From: Klebsormidium nitens
Lineage: Eukaryota; Plantae; Klebsormidiophyceae
Reading direction: 5' to 3'
Assembly: GCA_000708835.1 (NCBI GenBank)
Contig: DF237209.1
Location: 56,268 to 120,267 of the forward strand
DNA length: 64,000 nucleotides
Positions 1-10,600 of the stretch are shown here, in pieces (the stretch's first letter is position 1; each line of letters opens with the position of its first letter). The translations under genes and the position numbers were made by a program. The notes under the pieces were generated by a model. It made no database searches and was not told the origin of the DNA. It saw nothing but the letters and a program-made list of their open reading frames with translations.

Positions 1-3000
1 CAACCTGTGCAGCGAGAAGTAGACTGGCTCCTGGATGATGCTGTTGCTGCCATGGACACGGACGACGAGCCTAAGACTCCTGCCACCTGGAGAGCGCTCA
101 GCCGGCGCATACGAGACGGCTCTGCCAAGGTCAGATATTGTCACAAGGTCTTATTACTCATCTCAAAGTACATTTTGCAAACATTCGCCATTATGTCGTC
201 TGGGAGCCCGGAATGTGCTTCGGAGTAAACTTTTTGACCTGTAATTCCATCTTTCTTTGCTGCTTGGTTTGGGAAGAGTTATGAGGGGGTGGTCACTTGT
301 GCTGGTCTTACAGAAGATAAAGCTCAGTCATCTTGTTACTTCCAAACAGCCCAATCACTCCGGTCACTCTCCGAGAGAGGCTTGTAAGTACGATTGGAAG
401 GACACCTTTTTCCTTTCTTATTTGATGTCTCTTTTCCCAGAAGTTGGAAGTCCTCCTTCAAAGTCGCTTAAGCATCCTTGTCACTTCCTTCAGCAGGTTC
501 TCAAGTCCTTCATACCTTCAGAACCGAGTCTTGCCGTCATTCCAAGGAGGCATATGCATCCGCCTTCTCTTTCAAAACCAAGGCTCACGGCTTCGGCAAC
601 AAGTGCCCCTCGACTAGATGATTCCCAAGTTGCTTTGGATGCAAAGTTTTGTCTTTCTATGGTGGCTTTTGTCGTCCTGTGGTTCAGTAGGACTCTCTGT
701 AAACCTAATCGGCCAAGTCACCTAATTCCTTAATCACTGAAGTTTCCATTATAGTTTCAGCGAGGGTTTTGTTTTGTGTCTTCCTGCAAGACCGCCGTCA
801 CGAATCCAGCGCCGTTGCGGGGTGTACGGCAGACGCCCTTCCAGATTCTGAACCCTGTGAAAGCAGTCGACAACTCTGCATGACCTTGTACCACTCAAAC
901 GTTTTGCACAGAAAGAAATGCACTACAGGTCAACAAGATTTTGAAATCTTATCGAGATTGTACGCGAGTGTAACTCCTTACAGTCTATTGTCAGTGTTCT
1001 GGAAACGGGAACCAGCCACTGTTCTCCCGCAAGCCACCTTGCTCGAATTGGGGCTCTGAATGCCTCGTGCCAGAGTATTGCATGCTGATCCAAATGCCTG
1101 ATTGGGTCCGCTCAGATCAAACTTCTGCAAACAAGGTCTCGACTGTTGAAGGATTCAATCGACGCCATGCCCTCCAATTCGTGATTTCGAAGCAAAAACC
1201 TCAGGTAGATCGCCGCGATTTGGGACTGCCTGTGGCACGCAAACTATCATTTCCCGGCCGTTCATTGGCGTGGTCACCACTTTTGAGCCATTCCGGATCG
1301 TCGATGACTCCAAACCCGGTAAAAGCGGAGCAGAACCTTGTCCAAAGTAAAATCGGGCTAAACTGTGCAGACTGGAGGCACTCGGTGAAATTCAGCCAAT
1401 GGGAAATGAAGACCCAGTGCGACAAAACGCGGCGATCTACCTGCCTTACCTCGTCTGACCATACGGATTTCTTGTTATCTGTGCGACCATCCCTTTAACT
1501 GCAGATCTCTTCGTCGGTCTTTTGCGGGCTAGCATCAGCGGAACTAAAGCGGCTGTGGTCTACCCGCCTGGTCAGTGCATATGCCGTTTCCTTCACCCGA
1601 TTCGATAGAAAAGGAAAGTCACAAAAAGTCCTCATCGACTTGCAACTCACCTATCTTTTCCAACTGCAGCCGTCGACAACGATCTTTTTGAGGGCCAGCA
1701 TCAGCGAACTAGAGCGGCTGTGGTCTTCGCGCCTGGAGCAGCGGGTTCCGTTCCAGTACCTCGTCGCGTCGGCGCACTGGCGGGACCTGGTGCTGGCGGT
1801 TCAGCCCGGAGTGCTCATTCCGCGCCCGGAAACGGAACTGCTGGTGAGGCGTCGAATTGGATGGCACGAAACTCTACGAAGGCATATTCGCTCGGCTGAA
1901 GCAAGGCGTCAAAGCCCGAGCCAAGGTTTGGCGACTGGTTCAGGTTCTGTACTTTGTGCTCGAACCGCGTCGGGAGGCGAAATTGCTGGCACCTCTTTGA
2001 CTCGTTGAAGGCTCGATCTTGGAGAGCGTTTGGAGCAGTCGCTTGCGGACGAGACACGAAGCTTTTCCTTTTCTGGCATTTCAGATCAAGGCTGCGCTTC
2101 GATTGTGGCAGCTCGGCTCTCGGAGTCACAATCTCACGTTCCGTCAGTTGAGACGAATTTGAGTTGCAGAAATTTTCCTGCCGTATGCGGCTGCCCGTGT
2201 CAGATCCTACCACGCCCGCATAGACCCCAAGAGCGTTGCTACCATCTTCTAAATCTGATCATGAATCCAAGGCAGCTTCGACCTCCTCTGAAGTCGATAA
2301 GTGCGCTTCCTTGTGTGTGGTGTGGTCCTGCCACCAGTCGAGTCTGACTGTTTTGGCCCTGTCGAGCGTCGCATCATAAGTTCCTTGCCAAATCCGCGAC
2401 GCCTGTTTCTGCTGATTCCCCCGTTCGTTGTTCTTCCGAAATCTGGCAGCTCCCCTTTTCCAATTCGAAGCAGATTTCGAGCTGTCCGTTGGAAGCACTT
2501 CGCAAAAATATCACAGCCACAAAAGAGAATCGGGCAGCACAAATGGAGATTCTGCGTTACGTCAAACATTCAATCGAAAACAACATACGGTCTTGTTCTC
2601 TACAGTAGCAACCCTTGCTGTGGGAGTGTCGAGTCGCTGAGTTTGTTTCTATCGCAACGCTCAGGCTACGCACAAAACGAAAAGGCCCTGCTCCTTGCAG
2701 ATTGACTTCGCCGAAGAGGCCCTAAAAGCCGACCCCAGCCTCGGACAGGGCCCCTGGGCCGACCTCGGCACTGGGAGCGGCGCGCTCGCCATTGCACTCG
2801 CGCGCTCTTTCCCCGCGAGCGCGATTTATGCCGTCGACAAAAGCCCCACTGCAATCGCCGTTTCCCGTCACAACGTTCAGAGGTACGGGCTGCAGGCCAG
2901 GGTGCACGTCAGGCCTGGCAGCTGGTTTGAACCCCTAGCGGATGTCTCGGGAAGATACGCTGGGGTGCTCAGTAACCCGCCGTACATCCCGGCGGAGAAC

Positions 3001-3273
3001 TTGGCGCGGCTGCAGAAAGAGGTGGGCGCGCACGAGCCGCGGCTGGCGCTAGACGGCGGCGCGGGCGAGGGTTTGGAGGCTTTTGCCGCGATCTGCCGCG
3101 GCGCCGGGGGGGCGCTGCGGCCGGGGGGGTTTTTGGGGCTGGAAACGAATGGCTGGGGGCAGGCGGAGCGGGTCGCGAGCATGATCGAACGGTCGGGGGG
3201 CTTCGGGGAGGTGCGCGTGCGGCCGGACTTTGCCGGGGTGCAGCGGTTTGTGACGGCGAGGCGAGAAAACTGA
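1..3273 (+). CDS. prmC: Release-factor glutamine N5-methyltransferase (PrmC/HemK family), 5' end outside window
   Basis: Exons 1-129, 1670-1843 and 2701-3273 are GT-AG and in frame. They give QREVDWLLDDAV..LRASISELERLWSSRLEQRVPFQYLVASAHWRDLVLAVQPGVLIPRPETELL-IDF..WADLGTGSGALA..LSNPPYIP..HEPRLALDGG. The SAM-binding DLGTGSG and NPPY motifs are diagnostic. Confidence 0.93.
1496..1571 (+). pseudogene. Degenerate intronic copy of the acceptor and 5' part of the PrmC exon at 1670
   Basis: aactgcag..ggtcttttgcgggctagcatcagcggaactaaagcggctgtggtctacccgcctgg aligns to aactgcag..gatctttttgagggccagcatcagcgaactagagcggctgtggtcttcgcgcctgg (1662-1735), with compensating 1-nt indels. Confidence 0.85.
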
Positions 3274-3589
3274 GGGGGCGAAGTCAGTAGTTGCCCTTTG
3301 AAAGCACTCGGCCCGGGGACGTTTCTCGAAAACAGACAAGCGGAAGCGACCTCATAAGAAAGCCTAAGGACTGCGAGGCGAGCTGAGTCGACGGGCTCAT
3401 CGGTGTTGTTCCAGAAGCGAGGAGTAGCGGAGGCAAAGCAAGGCGGATTGAGAATAGCGCAGTGACGTGGCCGTGCTTGTCGCATCCTGGGCCTGGTGAT
3501 GTGAGCAACCGAACCAAAGGAAGCCCTGGCCAGCCCCAGAAACCATCCGGCGTTAGAAACTCGACGATCTCAAAAGCGCAGTTGTTTTC

Positions 3590-3670
3590 GTACCGGCGGC
3601 TGTGGTCGGGACAAGAGTACCGGCGGCTGCGGTCGGGACAAGAGTACCGGCGGCTGCGGTCGGGAAAAGT
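3590..3670. repeat. 27-bp tandem repeat x3
   Basis: The unit GTACCGGCGGCTG(T/C)GGTCGGGACAAGA is repeated head-to-tail with no spacers. Confidence 0.95.
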
Positions 3671-5520
3671 GGCGAGCACCAGCTGGAATGAGACCAAGCT
3701 CTGCCCGCTGCCCGTGGCGTCTTCAAGCGAAGGGCAGCCACGAACAGCCCGTAGCTGCAGCCTCCGTTTCGGATCGTTTTCGAAACGTCGAGGTGAGGAA
3801 GCCGTTCTCCTAATCCCTTCTGCTTCTGCATATTGACTTTCAAGGTATCTATGCACATGTTGCGGGGCGTTGGCTAGCTGGTCCAATATATTGTAAGCGT
3901 CCGCGAGGACGCCGTGGGACGTGTCTCACATTATCACATGCGTCCGAAGCCTCGGACTCCACTTCCAAGCTGCTTGCGAAAGCCACGTGGGCCAGTTCCA
4001 CAAGAAGATTGGCTTCCTTGCTTCTTTGCTTCTTCAAAGATCACTTCACGGCATCCAGAGATCTTCGGCATGACGGCGTCTCTTGAAGAGCTTTGCTTCT
4101 TTCTGAAACGCAGCTATCGTTTTGCAGACTTGTCGTTGCCAGTGGAATTCCGAAGCAGCCTCGTGAATCCGACTCTGTCTATGTTATGTTGCTCAAGTTC
4201 GGCCGAAGCAAACTGATGTTTATGACGGTTCGAGGGGTCGAGACGTCAAGAAGCAACAGTTGCTGAGCTCTCGGTTTCCGTCCGAATCCATAAACAAGGT
4301 CTGATGCTCTGTAAGACGTGCTTGACGCCAGTCTGTGCTGCCGCAACCCGGTTGTGACCAAATTCCATGCCAGTGAGCCTGATACTTGTACAACATTTGC
4401 AAACACACGAGAGTTGAGCGGTGATCAATCTGATCTGATAGGATATCCTCCAGATTATGTTTCGCCCGGCCGGCAAACCCCAGCTAGAGCCGGCGACTTC
4501 AACGTGGGGTCTAGCTTTAGGTTGTAAGAAGAGTCACTCTCTCACATAACGTCCGCGGTACATGTTCCAATCCGGAATGTGCACGGACGGGCACAGGCTG
4601 TGCATGACCGCGTTGGACGGTCGCTCTGACCATGTCGATCGGTCGCTCTGACCATGCCGATCTGTGCACATTTATTAACTGCACCGCATGAGACAGGGCG
4701 GCAGGCTCTAGCTTGGGCATCATTCAGTGCGGGCCGCGTCCATGTTATGTGCCGCGAGCCTAGGGCCATGTTTATGTGGCGGATAAGTTGCATTGATGCA
4801 GATATTGGTCATGCAAGCTGATTTGACTTGATCAGATTGACTTACAGATCCCATTGGAATGTCGCCGAGCTATATACATTTGGCATGATGCAGTGCAATG
4901 CAGCTGGCCCCCGTCCCCGGCCGCCTATGGGCTATGCATGCACATGTGCGCATCTGCTGGCATGCCTAGGATCAGCTAGATTGCAACAATTTGCATTCTG
5001 GATTGCGTGAGACGTTATACGCATGGTTGGCTGCCAGTTAAACATGGGCTGCACAGCGGCGCGCCGCATGTGCATGTATGAAGTACCAGGCTGCGTCACA
5101 TGCAACTTAGCCTGATGCCATTAGTACAACTTCAATCCAGTAAGGATGATCACGGTACAGTGCGCGGTGGTGTCCTTAGGACCATTATGGATCAACAATT
5201 GGTGGTATAAGCATGCTTTAGTAGTTCCGCCCGCTGGATGCTTTCTTATCATGTATCTTAATTTGCGTCCAACCACGTTCTGCTTGCACTAGCCTGGCCT
5301 TTAAAGGCTGCTAGAGCTCTGCACCCACATTCCAAATGACTACCAATAATTGTGCCAGACTGTACACAAACAATGTAGAATCCTGGCCGAATCTATCTTA
5401 GAGTGGCCTGGCCATTAGCTGACCACAAAGTTGCGCGCTGCAAATTGTTAGAGCAAATTCAAGCCCCCCGTTTCAATGCTACCAATCCGAATACTTTCTA
5501 TAAATCAACCTCGCAACACG

Positions 5521-7104
5521 TCAAGGATCAACGGGCTCCTTCGGTTGGAACCCGTCCCCAAGAGCTGCCTTTGACGGATCCTTGAGGAACTGGTTTTCTG
5601 CTGTTTCGCTGTGGTATATACAGTTAACTTCGGGCGACTTCCGAAGGTCGCCGACAAACCCAAACGTGTTCATGTTTTTCTTGCAGTCCTGCACCTCACC
5701 CCGTGTGACCAGCCCTCGACTTTCCAACACCTGCCAGTTGCTCTGCCTCAGGACACAGCCGGGCTTCACCTCCGCTTGAGACACGTACACGTTGAACCTG
5801 TACAGAGAATTGCCAGCCAAGACTGTCAGAATGTTGGCTTCTCGGCAAGAAACACGTGTCCCTCTTTCTGCACAAAAGAAGAATTGAACCAGGCAAAACA
5901 TCGAGGCACTCCTTGAAGGGGAGCACAGGCCAGAACTCGACCTCCGATCTTTCGAAAACGTTCAGGCTTGAAGTAATGCTTCTTCCGACAGGGATACTTT
6001 CAATCCTGGGCTGTCCAAGGAGAATATGGACAAAAGTACAAGCCTTTGTCTTCAAGCCTTGCGTACTATGACTCAAACTAAACAGAAAGAAGAAGTTATT
6101 GCAAACACTCTCATTGATTGTGGGCAAGGGGCACAAATGGGCAGCGAGATAAAGGGACAATACTGCTCCGTGCTTTATTGGCAATCGCTGGCTTTCCCCA
6201 TGAAAGACAAATCATGCAAAGTCTTGATGGAAGTTTTCACAGCACCTTCCTGTCCCTCAAAGGTACTTATGGACTTGTATTAAAACAACAGCACACAATT
6301 GGCAAGTCACTCATTTATTGATGGCGCCAAAGACTTCCCGGACTTCCACTCCAAACAACTGTAGGTTGCCTAAAATCCACCGCCCACACCAAAGCAAAAT
6401 GCAAGGACTTACGGGTTGAATGACACGAACAACCGCTGGTCAAGCACCAGCGCGCTCATCCCGTTGGCCAGGCAGATGTCCGGATTCGGCGTCTGCCTAT
6501 CAATAACTTCTCTTGACGCCACGTTGTTTGGTTCGAGGTTGATCACACTGTCTAAAGCAATCCCCGCTGCAATCCCCAGAATGAACATGCCCCCAAGCAG
6601 ATAGCGCGTGTAGGGACTTTTGAGAATCCAATTGTCCTGTGTCGCAATCTGCCGGACGCGAGGGGTCTTCGCCTGCCGGCCCCCGGAGGCCAGATAGTCT
6701 AGGTCGATGTCAGACCCTTCGGAGTCGCTATAGTCTTCAGGAAACTGTGGTTGATTGTTGTCAGGAGGGTAGTCTGGCGGCCGTCGCCTGAGCTCTGTCC
6801 GCCGTCGAGAGGGGGGCCCATTGGTGGCCATTATTCTGAAACTCTTTTCTTTGTGGATATTTGACCTTCCTGCGTTAGTGTTACCCAATTCAACATTACA
6901 GAGAGGGGCTGCCAGCCAGCGTGGTTGACAGAGCCTTGAAGAGCCAAAGATCTGTCTAGGTTTAAATTGCCCTGCCCCCTCGACCTGGCAGCATTTGGTA
7001 AAACCACCAGGCTTTGAGCTGCTAGCAAGACGGGAAGAGGTGACGCGGGCTGCCTGCAAGGGCTGCCAGCCTATTGAGAAGGACTCGCAAACCGTGCGTT
7101 CCAT
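5521..7104 (-). CDS. DUF3172-family protein (cyanobacterial/plastid type) with probable transit peptide
   Basis: Exons 7104-6413 and 5797-5521 join as FNP|FNVYVSQ. The TM segment is followed by LEPNNVASREVIDRQTPNPDIC..LDQRLFVSFNPFNVYVSQAEVKPGCVLRQSNW..CKKNMNTFGFVGDL, which matches my recollection of DUF3172. The N-terminus is Ser/Arg-rich, and the start ATG is uncertain. Confidence 0.8.
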
Positions 7105-7653
7105 CTTGAGCAGGGACAACACAAATTTGCTCTCACTGTTGCTAATCAGCAATACAAGGAGTAGAGAAAAAATTATATCCCGAACTTGCCCCTGGGAAAT
7201 GCAGTAGACTCCTCCGCTGAAGCCCAAAGACAACTTTGGGAAAGTGTTCCTGCGCTGCTGCTCGCATACAACTGTCTTCCCCCTTTCCTAATAAAACCCA
7301 ATGCAGTGGCGCTCTGGACAAGAACTTGGAACTCCGGAGGTAGAAGAGCAGAGACGGGGGATCTATGGGACGTCTAGAAAGAAAACGGTTCGTCAATGAG
7401 CTTGCGTTTCGGAGTCTAGTGATAACCCTCGGAAGACCGGTAATGCATCTAACCAGGTTTTTGAACCCGCTTCTGTGGAACATTTAATATTCCTTTTTGA
7501 AGCTCAATCAGCTTCGAAGTGTTGTCTTCATTCGGAAGAAAGTCGCCTAGGAAATTAGGTAGCTTGTCCACTAGCTCTGTCTGGGCGGGGCTGGTTGCTG
7601 CTCAGGCACTTTGCCCTCAGCGCTTCAACATTGCCTCCGCTTCTGCACCCGCC

Positions 7654-10600
7654 ATGGACGTTGCAAATGCCAGCCCCGATGGCAGCATGGTCGACGCGCC
7701 TCCGTCCATCATTCCAGCCGCGAAGAAGCCCCCGAATTTGAGTGCAGCCCTGCAAGTTGAGCAGCAGCTTATGCGGCTTCCCTTTGAGGGTTTCAAGAAG
7801 CAGGTGCGGGTCAATAACAGGGTTGTGGAGAAGGAGATGAATGCCGTGGTTGCAGGGGTGGCGGAAGCGTCCTCCAAGAGCTTGAGTCAGGACGAGGCGG
7901 TGCGGCAATTGCGGGGATTGGTGTCGAGGCTTCAAGGCTTGAAGCGCAAGGTATACTGTCTTGAACTTCTGACCAAGGGATTCTGCAATCGCTGGGAGGC
8001 AAAAGACCGAAGAACATGAAGCGGGACAGAGTAGAAGATAAGGAGTTAGCCGAGGCACAGTTGGAGCAGTGTACAATCATCACATTGCGTGTTGAGGAGT
8101 ACCTTTGTCCTGGCCAAGCGGGGTTTGTACTCTTCTTGTATGGAACAAAATGCATGTTTATACTCTGGCTGCCGCGTACCACTTCCGCCCTGGTCACTGC
8201 CAAATCTTAGGTACTTTTGATGAAACCTTGTAATGCTAATGCATGGAAGGTTTATTTACTTGCAGCCATGCTGGTCCCATGAAGATTCGAGTTGTTTTTA
8301 AATGACTGCTGACCCCTTGTTTCTCATGTCTAAGTGATTGTAGGAGTAATGCAGCTAGACGGTTGAACTTTTGAGCCATTGCAATGTCCAGGACAAGTCA
8401 AGGAGCTCTTGTCAAATAAGTAAAGGGACTCTTTGAGGATTCACCTCCTTTTGAATTCAAGGACAGTGGTGTTCTCAATGCGCCCTGGTGGACGGAGGGC
8501 ATGCTGAGAAGCAGATCTGCACAGATGGTGAGGCGGGAGGTCATTGGAGACATGTAAAGCGCAAGGCTTTCGTTTCAAAGTCAAGGAAATTGACGAAGTT
8601 GAGAACTCCGAGACACCTAACAAGGTTATCAAGACCAATCAGCCATACCGCTTTTGTATAAAATCTTTCTGTCGCTTGGTTGCAGCTGGACGAGGGGAAT
8701 GCACTGGAGCAGAGCCAGGCTCAGCGGTGTCGAGCGCGGATTGAGCATCTCAGCCTGAACCTAGGGGACAAAGACTCTCAGCGGAGGTGGGAGACGGCGA
8801 GGGTGGATCGTATTCTGGTGGACTACATGCTGCGGAACTCGTACTATGACACAGCGGTCAAGTACGCAGAGGCCACAAGGATTCAGGTACGACTATTGGC
8901 CATAGGACTTCCAAGTTTTCTGATTCTATTGTGGGACGGATATCAAAGAAAGAAATGTCCGCTGCCAAGTTTTCGCATGCTCGATTTTGTGAGATGTTGT
9001 TTCGTACAGATTCAGGTTGCAAGGTTGCAAATAACTGGCCATCTCCTGTGCATGGGTGTTCAACTTTGTAATCCATCCTGCTGTGACTGCGAGGGGGTCA
9101 GCCTGATTTATGGCGCCTCACCCTCGTGGGGGCGTCAGGAGGGGATGCTCCTCATTTCATATGTTGTCTAGCACCAGGATGATCAGCAAAGAGCCCATAC
9201 TACATCTCTCAGACATGGGTGACGGGCCTACATGCTTTTCTAGACATACTTCATTCTCAAGGTGCCTCACAGAGAGAATTGTGCGGTAATATGGTCAGCA
9301 TTACTCTTCAGAAAGGCCTTTGGCCAACCCACCCTTTGGACCATGAGTGTTGACTTGTTGTTGCTTGCAGGAGTTGGTCGATGTGGATGTTTTTAGAGAC
9401 GCCAAGCGCGTCATAGACGCCCTGCGGCGCGGGGACTGCTCGGAGGCTCTTGCATGGTGCGCAGAGAACCGGAAGGCTTTGAAGAAGAGCAAGGTGAAAG
9501 ACCCGAAACGCCTTTGCCAGTTCTTTGTGTGGTTCTGTTTAACCTTTCCCAACATAAGCACTTTCGTCAAAAGTGACCGTTCCTAGAGTGTGCATACGTA
9601 TAGATGTGAATCTTTACTTTGTGACCACTCGGCAATAATGATACAAGCTGGACTCTCATACATCCAGACCAGCTTCGATTTGCAGTGCGCATGCTCTTAT
9701 AGTCATCCTTGGAATGGAAGCTTCGTTCAATCATCTGTTCAACTTGGCTGCACCTTTGTCTTTCCATTTCAAGATTATCCGTTTCTTACTTCGCATCATG
9801 GTTATTTGCTGCCTGCAAACAACCCCCAAGTAGCCGCTGACCTCAGTTTCTAGTGCAATCACCAAATTCCCGTCACCAGATTCTGAACGAATTCCCCTCC
9901 TGCTGATCATGGGGCAGCTTGTGCAACCAGTAGCGACTTTCTTGTCCAAGTCTCAGTTTGGTCGTGAGTGTATTTCGTTTCCGAGAACTCACTCTTGTGC
10001 GAATGATGTGAGCATTTCTGGACCCGTCCGGTCAATTGAGTCAATCCGCTAACTGAAATTGTTACACCCCTTTTCTGCAGAGCAAGCTGGAGTTCCAGCT
10101 GCGATTGCAGGAGTTCATCGAACTAGTGCGGGGGGAAAAGATGGTGGAGGCGATCAAGTATGCACGCAAATACCTGGCGCCCTGGGGCCAGTCGCACATG
10201 AAGGAGCTGCAGCAGGCGATGGCCACACTTGCATTCAAGAAGGACACCGACTGCCCCTCCTACCGGGTAGGCTTTGGAAACGGTATTCCTTGCAGCTGTG
10301 GAATTTGTTGGCACTTGATGTTTGCAACACGTTGTGGAAGATCTGAATTGTTGCATGTTGAGACGGATACTTAGTGTCCATGTAATTGGGAAAACCTTTT
10401 TGGAAAGCTCATCTTGAAAGGTTGTCAGCGATTGATCGTGAGCTGCGTGCAGATTCGTCAAATCCGTCACTTACTCTACTAATTTCGTCACCGTTTCTTT
10501 CATCCTCTCTGGTTTGAGCGTGTCCTTCTTGAAGTGCTCTCAAGCTACTTTTTTAGCGAGTATCCCCGCCGGTCGACTTGACACCCTTGCAATCCGCAAG

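Noticed and set aside
2877-3485. 202-aa minus ORF, and other long ORFs antisense to GC-rich exons (e.g. 49779-50405, 7555-8076)
   Set aside because: These are shadow ORFs opposite real coding sequence.
3590-3670. 27-bp direct repeats resembling a CRISPR array
   Set aside because: The repeats are contiguous with no spacers, there are no cas genes and the context is eukaryotic.
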